NCBI GenBank assembly: GCA_017557535.1
Contig: JAFYYM010000034.1
Location: 123,795 to 187,794 of the forward strand
DNA from: Bacteroidales bacterium
GTDB lineage: Bacteria > Bacteroidota > Bacteroidia > Bacteroidales > UBA932
Reading direction: 5' to 3'
Length of the DNA: 64,000 bases
In this document: in pieces, positions 19,608 to 29,493 of the stretch
Layout of the letters: every line of letters starts with the position of its first letter
Position numbering within the stretch: the stretch's first letter is position 1
Made by a program: the position numbers and the translations under genes
Notes under the pieces: generated by a model
The model's database searches: none
Seen by the model: the letters and a program-made list of their open reading frames with translations, nothing else
What the model was told of the DNA's origin: nothing

Positions 19608-19634
19608 AGATTCTTCGCTTAGCTCAGAATGACA
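19608..19634 (-). repeat. TGTC/CGTC-tagged REP-like palindrome between the SSS transporter gene and araD
   Basis: Minus strand TGTC-ATTCT-GAGCTAAGCGA-AGAAT-CT; begins 2 nt after the transporter stop. Confidence 0.65.
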
Positions 19635-19635
19635 G

Positions 19636-21330
19636 TTACCAGAAATAGATGTAAAAAGCGACTGTGACAGCCAGGATAATGCAGGAGTGGACGATATCCC
19701 ATGCGCCCCAAGATGCTCTCGTGGCGGCTTTCTGTTCCGGAGTGGCCGTGCCGAAGCATAGTCCCCGTACTTGCTCATCGGAGGGTTTCGGAGTCAACAT
19801 GGTCACCACAAAAGCTAGCGCCACACAGAAGAGGAACATCCAAACACAGAATGCGTAGACATTCATCTCATTGAAAATGAATGTGAAAGCGTTGTGGGCC
19901 TCGGGATTGATTATCATCGTGACCAAACGAGTCAAGCCAAGCGCCAGGCCGGCGATCAAGGTCCACATACCAGCCTTGGGCGAAGTCCTTTTCCAGCATA
20001 CTCCCAGAAGGAACACTGCGGCGATGGACGGGGCGACAAGGCTCTGGACGCTCTGGATGTAGTTATACAGACTTTTACCCATCTTCTGGATCACCAGGAT
20101 CCAGAGAACTCCGAAGACAACCACTATCACTGTGGCCAACCTGCCGATACGGACCAGTTTCTTCTCCGGGGTGTCAGGGTTGCGACGCTTATAGATGTCA
20201 ATCGTGTAAAGCATCGCTGATGAGTTGTACAGCGAAGCTAGTGAACTCATCAGCGCGGCGAGAACACCGCAGATCACTACTCCCTTGAGACCGACAGGCA
20301 ACAATGTGTTGACCAACATCGGGAAAGCGAGATCAGGATTGGCGAGAGTGCCGTCCGCCTGCAAACCGAGGGCAGAAGCGAGCATCTGGCCGGTCTGGGA
20401 ATCAGGAGTCTTAGTCAGGGCAAATGCTATCATTCCAGGGATCAGGAACAAAAACACCGGAAGGAGTTTGAGATATGCCCCGAATATCGTTCCTCTGCGA
20501 GACTCCTTCTGATCCTTGCCGGAAAGGACTCTCTGGACGATGAATTGGTCTGTACACCAGTACCAGAAGCCAATGATGGCTGATCCGAACAAGGCTCCAT
20601 ACCAAGGGAACTCGGTATCCTTCCCGCTACGCATCAGAGTTGTCATCGAGTCTCCGTATTCATTGACCGGTTGCGCCGCACAGATATCCATCATCGCATT
20701 CCACCCTCCCAGTTCCTTGAGGCCGATCCAAAGGATGACCAGAGAGCCTAACAACAAAATAGGGGTTTGAAGGACCGAGGTCTTCAGGACGGACTCCATG
20801 CCTCCTATGATCGTGTAGATAGCTGTGATTACCACCAGAGCCAACGCCGCTACCCAGAAATTGATACCCAGTAACGCGTTAAGCGCCAGACCTCCGGCCA
20901 TGACGGTCACGGAGACTTTTGTGAGGACATAACTCGCTAGCGAGAGGTATGTCAATATTCCACGGCTTTCCTTGTTGTAGCGCTTCTCCAGGAACTCCGG
21001 CATCGTGTAGACCATACTCCTCTGGTAGAAGGGCACGAACACCCAGCCGAGAATCAGGATCATCCAACCCTGGATCTCCCAGTGGGCCTGGGCCATTCCG
21101 GCCGAGGCACCGGTGCCCGCAAGACCGATAAGGTGCTCGGAGCCTATGTTGGAAGCGAATATTGACGCGCCTATCGCAAGCCATGTAGCCGAACGCCCGT
21201 CAAGGAAATAGTCGCCGGACGTCTCCTTCTTCTTCCGGAAGACGTCCACGACAATCCAGACCATCGCCGCGAAGAATATGGCGATGACAATCCAGTCCCA
21301 AGACTGGAGGGTGATTCGGTTCAGATCCAT
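19636..21330 (-). CDS. Sodium:solute symporter (SGLT-like), probable arabinose transporter
   Basis: ASIFASNIGSEH, TMPEFLEKRY, WYWCTDQFIVQR, many TM helices; operon context. Confidence 0.88.
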   Translation of the reverse strand: MDLNRITLQSWDWIVIAIFFAAMVWIVVDVFRKKKETSGDYFLDGRSATWLAIGASIFASNIGSEHLIGLAGTGASAGMAQAHWEIQGWMILILGWVFVPFYQRSMVYTMPEFLEKRYNKESRGILTYLSLASYVLTKVSVTVMAGGLALNALLGINFWVAALALVVITAIYTIIGGMESVLKTSVLQTPILLLGSLVILWIGLKELGGWNAMMDICAAQPVNEYGDSMTTLMRSGKDTEFPWYGALFGSAIIGFWYWCTDQFIVQRVLSGKDQKESRRGTIFGAYLKLLPVFLFLIPGMIAFALTKTPDSQTGQMLASALGLQADGTLANPDLAFPMLVNTLLPVGLKGVVICGVLAALMSSLASLYNSSAMLYTIDIYKRRNPDTPEKKLVRIGRLATVIVVVFGVLWILVIQKMGKSLYNYIQSVQSLVAPSIAAVFLLGVCWKRTSPKAGMWTLIAGLALGLTRLVTMIINPEAHNAFTFIFNEMNVYAFCVWMFLFCVALAFVVTMLTPKPSDEQVRGLCFGTATPEQKAATRASWGAWDIVHSCIILAVTVAFYIYFW

Positions 21331-21331
21331 G

Positions 21332-22471
21332 TTACCTTACGGAGAAGGCGAAGACGCAATGGCTTGTGTACTTCTCCCCGGGTTTCAACAGGGCTGAGGG
21401 CCACTCAGGTTTGTTGGGAGTGTCAGGGTATTTCTGAGTCTCAAGGCAGATGGCGTGACGGAAGTTGTAAACAACACCCTTCTTCCCAGTCACGGTGCCG
21501 TCGAGGAAGTTACCCGCATAAATCTGGACACCAGGCTCATTTGTGTATTCTTTCAGGGTAATGCCGGTCTCCGGGCAATAGAGCTCAGCGGCCAGTACAG
21601 TGTCATCGCAACCGGTGTCCAAGACCCAGTTGTGGTCATATCCCTTTCCATTGTGAAGCTGGTCATAATCGGCATTGATATCCTTACCCACGAGTTTGGC
21701 GGTACGGAAATCCATCGGGGTACCCTCGACAGGAGCAATCTCACCCGTCGTCATGAAGGTGTCATCAACAGGGGTGAAATTGGCGGCGTTGATATAGAGT
21801 TCATCCGCCTCGACACTGTGGTTGGCCGGATCACCGGAAAGGTTGAAATAAGAGTGGTTGGTCATATTGATGACCGTTGTCTTGTCCGTGGTGGCCTCGT
21901 AGAGGATGTCGATGGCGTTGTCCTCTGTCAGGGTGAAAGTGACAAAAGCGGTCACGGTTCCCGGGAAGTTGGCGTCGCCGTCAGGGGATACGGTCTTGAT
22001 TTTCAAGTGGTTCCCATCAGCCTCAACGGTTTCCCAGACCTTGTACTGCCAGCCGTTGGGACCACCATGGAGGCAATGCCCATAGTTATTCTGAGGGAGC
22101 TGATACTCAACGCCTTCCACAGTGATTTTACCCTGGGCGATACGATTGGCGTAGCGACCGATTGTGGCGCCAAAATCAGTCTGGTTATTCTCCGGGAAAT
22201 AATCCTTGACGGTGTCGAAGCCAAGGACTACATCCTTATACTCACCATTCTTGTCTGGAACCATGACAGAGACGATACGTCCACCGAAATTGGTGATGCA
22301 GACCTCCATACCGGACTTGTTGGTGAGAGTGTAAAGGGCGGTGACTCCACCATCCCTCTCCGCATTGAAATCCTCGGGGTTCAGACCCGACTTCGTGAGC
22401 TTGGGAGCTTTATCAGCGCAGCCCATAACCATCAGGGCAGCGGCACAGATAACAAACAACTTTTTAACCAT
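21332..22471 (-). CDS. galM: Aldose 1-epimerase (mutarotase), lipoprotein signal
   Basis: GRYANRI, HCLHGG, NMTNHSYFNL, YDHN, CLETQ. Confidence 0.92.
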   Translation of the reverse strand: MVKKLFVICAAALMVMGCADKAPKLTKSGLNPEDFNAERDGGVTALYTLTNKSGMEVCITNFGGRIVSVMVPDKNGEYKDVVLGFDTVKDYFPENNQTDFGATIGRYANRIAQGKITVEGVEYQLPQNNYGHCLHGGPNGWQYKVWETVEADGNHLKIKTVSPDGDANFPGTVTAFVTFTLTEDNAIDILYEATTDKTTVINMTNHSYFNLSGDPANHSVEADELYINAANFTPVDDTFMTTGEIAPVEGTPMDFRTAKLVGKDINADYDQLHNGKGYDHNWVLDTGCDDTVLAAELYCPETGITLKEYTNEPGVQIYAGNFLDGTVTGKKGVVYNFRHAICLETQKYPDTPNKPEWPSALLKPGEKYTSHCVFAFSVR

Positions 22472-22494
22472 AGCAGTTTAATATTTTAAAACAA

Positions 22495-24507
22495 TCATAT
22501 CAATAATTCACAAGGGGCCACCTCAACAGCGTTGAAGTCCTTAGCCAGCCAGACTGACATATATCCCGCGCCTCTATGGCACCAGGCATAATACGGTATC
22601 AGAGTAGCTGTCACATCCCTGATCATCATCTCACCGCGATTCAGGCCGTGGGTGAAATACTTACCTTCCAACGTTATCTTCTTGATAGGATGGCCAACTA
22701 TGTCACCATCAGTCACTTTCAATTCCTGATCCTCCCCGACCAGCAGACCGGACACACGGAAATTATTGTCAGGTTGTTCGGCGCAATAGACTATCGGACC
22801 TCGTTCGACCGTGATCTTGCCCCGGTCTGCCTCAACTTCTTCCCTGGCCGCCACGATCCTGGGCTCCATGTCCAGATGAAGGGAGACCTTGTCACCCTTT
22901 TTCCATTTCCTGGTGATAGTGAAATAGCCTTTGTCGAGGTCTGACGAGAGCTCCTCTCCATTGACCAAAACCTTATAACTCAACGACTTCCCGTCAGCAT
23001 AAGAATACAGTCCCCCAGGAGCCACCTCGCCTCTGACCCATCCTGGTATGCGGAGTTTCAAAGAGAACTCCTTGGCCGCATTCTTGTCGATGGATATCTC
23101 CACATCCCCGTTCCAAGGATAAGAGGTCTCCTGGCGCAGGACCACATCCTTTCCCTTGACCTTCTGGGTCAATGTGTTGGACATATAAAGGTTGACATAA
23201 AGATTATCATCCTTCACGGCGTAGACGTATCCAGGAACTGACGGTATGAAGCGGCATATGTTCGACGGGCAACAGGCGCAGCCGAACCAAGGCTTACGCT
23301 CATAACCTCCTTCCGTGGCGAGAGGATTGGGATAGAAGAATCCGTCCCCCTGGAGTGACACCCCGGATAGAAGACCATTATAAAGAGTGCGCTCAAGGAC
23401 ATCGTAGTACTTCGACTCACCATGAAGCAGGAACATCCTATGGTTGACATAGACGTTGCCTATCGCGGCGCAAGTCTCACAATAGGCTTCCGCATTCGGG
23501 AGCTCGTAATTCTTACCGAAAGCCTCTCCCCGACGGGAAGCGCCTATTCCCCCGGTTATATAATACTTATTGCTCACGATATTATCCCAGATCCTGTCTA
23601 TAGCGTCGATGTACGCCTGGTCGCCTGTCAAGGCGGCCACATCGGCTATTCCGGAATACATGTATGTCGCCCTCACCGCATGGCCGACAGCCTCGTCCTG
23701 CTCGACTATCGGAACGTGGGTCTGATTATACGAATCCCGATTCACGGTCTTTCCCCTCCGATCGAGGAAATACTTGGCCTGGTCGAGATATTTCTTGTCT
23801 CCAGTCACAAGATAGAGACGGCAAAGAGCCATCTCGGCGATTTGATGACCCGGCACCCTATCCACCTGACCGGGGCCGGAACCAACTTCACGGATAACAC
23901 AATCGGCATATCTGATGGCTATGTCAAGGAAATTCCTTTTCCCCGTGGCTTGATAATGGGCTATCGCTCCGTCAAGCATGTGCCCAAGGTCATAAAACTC
24001 ATGGCTGTTGACCTCGACGAGCTCCCAGCGATGATCCCCGGCCCAGCGGTGTGGATGCTTGGGATTCATCGTCCTGGCGGTATACAGGTATCCATCAGGT
24101 TCCTGGCCACCAGCGACAATCACCAGGACACTGTCTATGTACGCCTCTAACTTTTTGTCGGGATAGGTCTGGAGAACATAACTGGCACCCTCGATGGTCT
24201 TGTAGACATCCGTGTCGTCGAAAGAGAAACCGCCTACTTTATAATCATCGCTTGGATGGGCAGCCTTGACAAAGTTCTCGTATCGGCCCGTCTCCTCACA
24301 CTTGCTGAAAGCCAGAGGGATGGTCACTTCCCTGGAAGCCTTCAGTCGCTGACCCCAGAAATCGTTTTCATACACCTTGACAGCTGTGAACTGCACGGGA
24401 GTGATCGGGTATCCGGCACTTTGGTTCTTGCCTGAAGGAGCCTTGTCAGCCGATGTCAGGAGAATGGCCGCACATATCGCGAACAGAATGGTGAAAACTC
24501 GTCTCAT
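22495..24507 (-). CDS. GH127 beta-L-arabinofuranosidase
   Basis: Start re-assigned to MRRVF; DDTDVYK, HEFY, GHQIAE, GHAVRA, ETCAAIG, LERTLYN, CACCP. Confidence 0.9.
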   Translation of the reverse strand: MRRVFTILFAICAAILLTSADKAPSGKNQSAGYPITPVQFTAVKVYENDFWGQRLKASREVTIPLAFSKCEETGRYENFVKAAHPSDDYKVGGFSFDDTDVYKTIEGASYVLQTYPDKKLEAYIDSVLVIVAGGQEPDGYLYTARTMNPKHPHRWAGDHRWELVEVNSHEFYDLGHMLDGAIAHYQATGKRNFLDIAIRYADCVIREVGSGPGQVDRVPGHQIAEMALCRLYLVTGDKKYLDQAKYFLDRRGKTVNRDSYNQTHVPIVEQDEAVGHAVRATYMYSGIADVAALTGDQAYIDAIDRIWDNIVSNKYYITGGIGASRRGEAFGKNYELPNAEAYCETCAAIGNVYVNHRMFLLHGESKYYDVLERTLYNGLLSGVSLQGDGFFYPNPLATEGGYERKPWFGCACCPSNICRFIPSVPGYVYAVKDDNLYVNLYMSNTLTQKVKGKDVVLRQETSYPWNGDVEISIDKNAAKEFSLKLRIPGWVRGEVAPGGLYSYADGKSLSYKVLVNGEELSSDLDKGYFTITRKWKKGDKVSLHLDMEPRIVAAREEVEADRGKITVERGPIVYCAEQPDNNFRVSGLLVGEDQELKVTDGDIVGHPIKKITLEGKYFTHGLNRGEMMIRDVTATLIPYYAWCHRGAGYMSVWLAKDFNAVEVAPCELLI

Positions 24508-24529
24508 CTCGTGATTGGTTATAATCAAT

Positions 24530-24537
24530 CAAATTTA
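24530..24537 (-). promoter_or_regulatory. -7 promoter box for the arabinose operon
   Basis: TAAATTTG on minus strand, 22 nt before ATG 24507. Confidence 0.6.
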
Positions 24538-24654
24538 AAGATTATTCACCGAAAAGACAAGTGTTTAGATTGCCTGGAATTGGATAGGGATAAATAGTGG
24601 TTTTAAAAGCCGGTTTCCGGATTATTTTGTATCTTGCGAAAAAGAAATAAGCTT

Positions 24655-25242
24655 ATGGACAAACTAGTATCGGATCTCCTGGGCGGTCTTGGACGCCTTT
24701 TCAAGAACAAAGTCAGCCAGAAAGTGACTACGGCATTGACTGGAAAAAGCAAAACCTACACATTCGAGACTCTCCCGCAGACAGTCGACGAGCTGAAAGC
24801 TTTACCTGAGGCCGCACTGACAGATGTCTATGCTGTCGCGGCGTTATCCTTGCTTGCCCTGACCCGATTTGAAACGGACAAAGAAGAATCAACAAGGATG
24901 CTGAACTTCCTCAAAGGGCCAGATCCCTTGACTCCAATGGCCCTGCAGCAGATCTCCGACCGGTTCATGGACGAGAAGTTCTACAAGGTCCGTTCTTACT
25001 TCGAGGGTGCTACTCCGGCCAATAATTACACGCCTTCCCAGCCCTATAAGGTGAAGGTCTCTTCCACCCCGTATTCGTTTGACAATGAGAATTGGGCGAC
25101 GCTATACCTACACTCGGGCGGAGCAGACAACCCCCGCCCGGTGAAGCTGAGAAAGAAGCCCAGCACCGGGCAGTGGTTTATCGTTGAGATCCAATATCTC
25201 AGTGACGTGCGCCCTCCCGTCGCAGCCGACAAGTGGGCCTGA
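24655..25242 (+). CDS. Conserved hypothetical protein, DUF6935-like
   Basis: Clean ORF; SYFEGATPANNYTP and SGGADNPRPVKL resemble DUF6935 as recalled (not searched). Confidence 0.6.
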   Translation: MDKLVSDLLGGLGRLFKNKVSQKVTTALTGKSKTYTFETLPQTVDELKALPEAALTDVYAVAALSLLALTRFETDKEESTRMLNFLKGPDPLTPMALQQISDRFMDEKFYKVRSYFEGATPANNYTPSQPYKVKVSSTPYSFDNENWATLYLHSGGADNPRPVKLRKKPSTGQWFIVEIQYLSDVRPPVAADKWA

Positions 25243-25246
25243 CGGC

Positions 25247-26488
25247 TTAGTCCAGCGAGTGGATGAAGAGGCCTGAGCGGAGTTTGGGTTCGAACCAGGT
25301 GGTCTTCGGTGGCATGATGTTGCCGGTGTCGGCAATATCGATCAGCTGCTTCATCGAGACTGGATAAAGGGCGAAAGCCACCTTCATCTCACCGGAATCG
25401 ACCCTGCGTGAAAGCTCTCCGAGCCCACGGATTCCTCCGACGAAATCAATCCTTTTGTCGGTGCGCAAGTCTTTAATACCAAGGATGGCATCCAGCACCA
25501 GGCTGGACAGGATGGTCACGTCAAGCACACCAATCGGATCCTTGTCGTCGTAACGTCCAGGGAGAGCCTCAAGGGAATACCACATGCCATCAAGATACAT
25601 CGAGAAGTTGTGGAGATGGTCCGGATGATATATCTCGGCACCCATCTCCTTGACAGCGAAGTCCTTCTCAACAGCTTTCAGGAATTCATCCTTGGACAGG
25701 CCGTTAAGATCCTTGACGACACGGTTGTAGTCCAGGATCTTGAGCTGGCTCTCGGGGAAGCAGACAGCCATGAAGAAGTTGTACTCCTCATCGCCTGTGT
25801 GATCCGGGTTCTGGCTCCTCTTCTCGGCCCCTACACGAGCGGCTGCGGCGGTACGATGGTGGCCATCAGCGACATAAAAGGCCTCGACATCCCCCGTGAA
25901 CAGACGGGTTATCTGATCGACAGTCTTGTCATCATCAATGACCCAGAATTTATGGCCGAAGTTGTTCTCGTCCACGAAGTTATATTCCGGCTCACGGGTA
26001 ATGGTCTGGGCGACGATCTTGTTCAGGATGTCATTGTCCTTGTAGGCGAAGAAGACAGGCTCAATGTTGGCGTTCTGGATGCGGACATGAATCATGCGGT
26101 CATCCTCCTTGTCCTTACGGGTGAGCTCATGCTTCTTGATCTTGCCAGAAGCGTAGTCGTCCGTGTGCGCGCAGAGGACGAGACCATACTGGGTACGGCC
26201 TTCCATCGTCTGGGCATAGACATAATAGCACTCCTTAGGGTCACGGCGAAGCCATCCCTTGGACTGCCACGCCTTGAAATTCTCGACAGCCTTGTCATAG
26301 ACCCTCTGGTCATGATCCTCAAGCATCGGATCGAAATCAATCTCAGGCTTGGTGATATGAAGCAGGGACTTCTCGCCAGCCATCTCCTTGGCCTCGGCGG
26401 AATTGAGCACGTCGTACGGCGGAGCCGCGACCTCAGTGACAATATCTTTTGGCGGACGAATCGCCGCGAAGGGTTTTACTCTTACCAT
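25247..26488 (-). CDS. DUF1015 family protein (commonly cotranscribed with serC/serA)
   Basis: Start MVRVKPF; APPYDV, KKHELT, IEPVFF, VADGHHR, MPPKTTWFEPKL. Confidence 0.88.
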   Translation of the reverse strand: MVRVKPFAAIRPPKDIVTEVAAPPYDVLNSAEAKEMAGEKSLLHITKPEIDFDPMLEDHDQRVYDKAVENFKAWQSKGWLRRDPKECYYVYAQTMEGRTQYGLVLCAHTDDYASGKIKKHELTRKDKEDDRMIHVRIQNANIEPVFFAYKDNDILNKIVAQTITREPEYNFVDENNFGHKFWVIDDDKTVDQITRLFTGDVEAFYVADGHHRTAAAARVGAEKRSQNPDHTGDEEYNFFMAVCFPESQLKILDYNRVVKDLNGLSKDEFLKAVEKDFAVKEMGAEIYHPDHLHNFSMYLDGMWYSLEALPGRYDDKDPIGVLDVTILSSLVLDAILGIKDLRTDKRIDFVGGIRGLGELSRRVDSGEMKVAFALYPVSMKQLIDIADTGNIMPPKTTWFEPKLRSGLFIHSLD

Positions 26489-26492
26489 GACA

Positions 26493-27413
26493 CTACTTGT
26501 TGACTTGGAAACGGGTGTTGCCGGTGGCGAAGAAGTCCACAATCTGACGGGCGGCGGCAAGGCCGGCGTTCATGTTAGCCTCAGCTGTCTGGGCGCCCAT
26601 CTTCTTGGGAGTAGCGAACACACGGAGACCGAATTTCTCCTTAAGAGCCTCATAGTTGTCCGGCATGACGTCGGTGACGTACTTAAGGTCCGGGCGCTCC
26701 TCAAGGGCCTTCATAAGTCCTTCCTCGTCAATGACTTCCTTCCTGGCGGTATTCACGAGGGTCGCTCCTTTCGGCATCTTGGTCACGAGATCATAACCGA
26801 TGCTCTTTATAGTGGAAGGCAGGGCGGGAATATGGATGGAGACATAGTCAGAGTTGGAATAAAGCTCTTCCAGGTTGAAGACGGGCTTGGCTCCGCCAGC
26901 CTCGATCTGCTCAGGAGTGAGGAAGGGGTCGAGAGCGAGGATATCCATTCCGAGCGCCTTCGCCTTGGCGCCCACGAGACGGCCCACATTACCGAAGGCC
27001 TGGATTCCGAGGCGTTTGCCTTGGACCTCACTTCCGGTGGCGGGAGTGAACTGTGTACGGGCCATGAATATCATCATGGCGACGGCCAGCTCGGCCACGG
27101 CGTTGGAGTTCTGTCCGGGAGTGTTCATCACAACCACATTATGGGCGGTGGCAGCGGCCAAGTCAACATTATCAAAACCCGCTCCAGCGCGGACGACTAT
27201 CTTCAGACTCTTGGCGGCGTCGAGAACATCGGCAGTCACCTTATCTGAACGGATAATCAGAGCGTCCACATCAGCGACAGCAGCGATGAGCTCGGATGCG
27301 TCGGCATATTTCTCAAGGGCGGCGAACTCATGTCCGGCACCAGTCACAATCTCCTTGATCCCTGCTACAGCGGCAGCGGAGAAAGGCTTTTGGGTGGCAA
27401 CTAATACCTTCAT
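26493..27413 (-). CDS. serA: D-3-phosphoglycerate dehydrogenase (short type)
   Basis: IIRSDK, VRAGAGFDN, NTPGQNSNAVAE, VNTAR; follows serC. Confidence 0.88.
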   Translation of the reverse strand: MKVLVATQKPFSAAAVAGIKEIVTGAGHEFAALEKYADASELIAAVADVDALIIRSDKVTADVLDAAKSLKIVVRAGAGFDNVDLAAATAHNVVVMNTPGQNSNAVAELAVAMMIFMARTQFTPATGSEVQGKRLGIQAFGNVGRLVGAKAKALGMDILALDPFLTPEQIEAGGAKPVFNLEELYSNSDYVSIHIPALPSTIKSIGYDLVTKMPKGATLVNTARKEVIDEEGLMKALEERPDLKYVTDVMPDNYEALKEKFGLRVFATPKKMGAQTAEANMNAGLAAARQIVDFFATGNTRFQVNK

Positions 27414-27419
27414 ATCCAA

Positions 27420-28493
27420 TTACTTCTTAAGAGTCTCGAATTCCTTCATGCAGTCCACAAGGGCCTGGACATCCTCAAGGGTGCAAGCGTTGTAGAGAGA
27501 AGCCCTGAAGCCCCCGACGGAGCGGTGGCCCTTGATGCCGATCATGCCGCGCTCCTTGGCGAACGTGAGGAACTCATCCTGGAGCGCCTCATATCCGGGA
27601 GCCATGACGAAGCAGACGTTCATGATGGAGCGGTCCTCCTTGGCGGCGGTGCCGACGAACAGAGGATTGCGGTCTATTTCGCCATAGAGAAGGTTCGCCT
27701 TCTCGGTGTCGATCTTGTGGATAGCCTCGATTCCACCGATTCCCTTGAGCCACTTGAGAGTCTCGTTCATCATGAAGATGGAGAACACGGGAGGGGTATT
27801 GAACATGGAAAGCTTGTCGAGGTGCACGCGGTAGTCCAGCATTGTGGGAATGTACCTGGAGACCCTACCGAGGGAGTCCTTCTTGATGATGGCGAAGATC
27901 ACACCTGCGGGGCCGACGTTCTTCTGGGCGCCACCGTATATGAGATCGTATTTGGACACATCCACAGGACGGCTCATGATGTCTGAGCTCATGTCGGCGA
28001 TGAGGGGAACCGGGCAGTCGATATCTTCCTTTATCTCAGTACCATAAATGGTGTTGTTGGTCGTGATGTGGAAGTAATCGATGTCGGTCGGAATCTCGTA
28101 TCCCTTAGGAATATATGAATAGTTCTTGTCGGCGGAACTAGCAAGGGCGTAAGCGTCGCCAAGGCCTTTCGCTTCCTTCAGAGCCTTCTTAGCCCAGACT
28201 CCGGTCTCAAGGTAGGCCGCCTTCTTCTCAAGATAATTCATCGCCACATAGAGGAACTGTAGTGAGGCACCACCGCCAAGGAACACGACCTCGTGGGTGT
28301 CGGGAATATGAAGCAACTCCCTCCAGAGGGCGCGGCACTCATCCATGGTCTCATCCCACTCCTTGGTGCGATGGGAGATGCTGAGCACGGAAACACCGGT
28401 GCCTTTGAAGTCCTTCAAGGCCTCGATGGCATTGTCGATGGCTACCTGCGGCAGAAGGCAGGGGCCTGCGTTGAAAACATGAACTTTTTTCAT
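27420..28493 (-). CDS. serC: Phosphoserine aminotransferase
   Basis: [47 protein letters not shown]. Confidence 0.96.
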   Translation of the reverse strand: MKKVHVFNAGPCLLPQVAIDNAIEALKDFKGTGVSVLSISHRTKEWDETMDECRALWRELLHIPDTHEVVFLGGGASLQFLYVAMNYLEKKAAYLETGVWAKKALKEAKGLGDAYALASSADKNYSYIPKGYEIPTDIDYFHITTNNTIYGTEIKEDIDCPVPLIADMSSDIMSRPVDVSKYDLIYGGAQKNVGPAGVIFAIIKKDSLGRVSRYIPTMLDYRVHLDKLSMFNTPPVFSIFMMNETLKWLKGIGGIEAIHKIDTEKANLLYGEIDRNPLFVGTAAKEDRSIMNVCFVMAPGYEALQDEFLTFAKERGMIGIKGHRSVGGFRASLYNACTLEDVQALVDCMKEFETLKK

Positions 28494-28571
28494 TTCGTTT
28501 ATATAACTTTTTAACCGTTATTAATACTGTGATTAGGAATCAAAACCAAATCGGAGGTAAAGATAGCCAAA

Positions 28572-29480
28572 TTATAAGGAATAACCCAACAAATAAGATA
28601 TTATCGCCATCCTGACATACATTCCGCCTCCGGCTTGCTGGAAATAGTAGGCGTAAGGGGTGTTGTCCACATCCTCGGAGATCTCGCCGACCCTCGGGAG
28701 CGGATGCATGACCTTCATCCCTGGTCTGACGGAACCAAGCATGGATGCAGTCAACTTGTAGACATCTTTCACCTTCTCATATTCAGCCATATCCGGGAAT
28801 CTCTCCTGCTGGACGCGGGTCATGTACAAGATGTCGCAGTCATCGAGTCCATCCTCAATCCTGGAGACCTGGCGGTAAGGGATTCCGTCCCTATCCAACA
28901 TCTCGATATATTTCCTGGGCATCTCAAGTTCCTCGGGAGCGGTAAAGGTGAATCTGGGACTGAAATGTCTCAAGGCATCCACAAGGGAATGGACTGCCCG
29001 GCCATATTTGAGGTCTCCTACCATATTGATGTCCAGACCTTCCAAACGTCCCTGGGTTTTCTTGATGGCATAAAGGTCAAGCAGGGTCTGGCTGGGATGC
29101 TGGTTCGCTCCATCGCCAGCGTTCACGACCGGCACGGAAGCCACAGAAGCGGCTATGTCGGCCGCCCCCGCCATGGGATGCCTCATGACGATCATATCCA
29201 CATAATTGGAGACTATCCTGATGGTATCCTCGAGGGTTTCCCCTTTCGTCTGGCTGGTGTTACGGTTATCCGGGAAACCTATTACCCTAGCCCCAAGCCT
29301 ATTGACCGCGGTCTCAAAGGAGAGCCTGGTCCTGGTCGAAGGCTCAAAGAAAAGGCAGGCGACCACTTTGCCGGACAGAAAGGACCTCTCACGGTCTTTC
29401 TCGAATTCACCGGCCATGTCCAGGATGTGAAGGATCTCCTCCTTCGTCAAGTCCTGGATTGAAATCAAACTTTTTGGCAT
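28572..29480 (-). CDS. pyrB: Aspartate carbamoyltransferase catalytic subunit
   Basis: FFEPSTRTRLSF, NAGDG..HPSQ, YMTRVQ.ER, HPLPR. Confidence 0.96.
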   Translation of the reverse strand: MPKSLISIQDLTKEEILHILDMAGEFEKDRERSFLSGKVVACLFFEPSTRTRLSFETAVNRLGARVIGFPDNRNTSQTKGETLEDTIRIVSNYVDMIVMRHPMAGAADIAASVASVPVVNAGDGANQHPSQTLLDLYAIKKTQGRLEGLDINMVGDLKYGRAVHSLVDALRHFSPRFTFTAPEELEMPRKYIEMLDRDGIPYRQVSRIEDGLDDCDILYMTRVQQERFPDMAEYEKVKDVYKLTASMLGSVRPGMKVMHPLPRVGEISEDVDNTPYAYYFQQAGGGMYVRMAIISYLLGYSL

Positions 29481-29493
29481 AATATAAAGTGAA

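Noticed and set aside
24556-24570. AAGTGT upstream of the ara operon as a possible AraR operator
   Set aside because: Half-site only, and my recall of the consensus is not reliable enough.
25287-25296. GGTTCGAACC, tRNA T-loop-like
   Set aside because: Inside the DUF1015 CDS (WFEP) with no cloverleaf around it.
26658-26670. CGTCATGCCGGAC (minus strand) in serA resembling a CGTC REP start
   Set aside because: No complementary arm; encodes normal VMPD sequence.
28572-29480. pyrB without adjacent pyrI
   Set aside because: pyrI may lie elsewhere in the genome; cannot be judged from this window.
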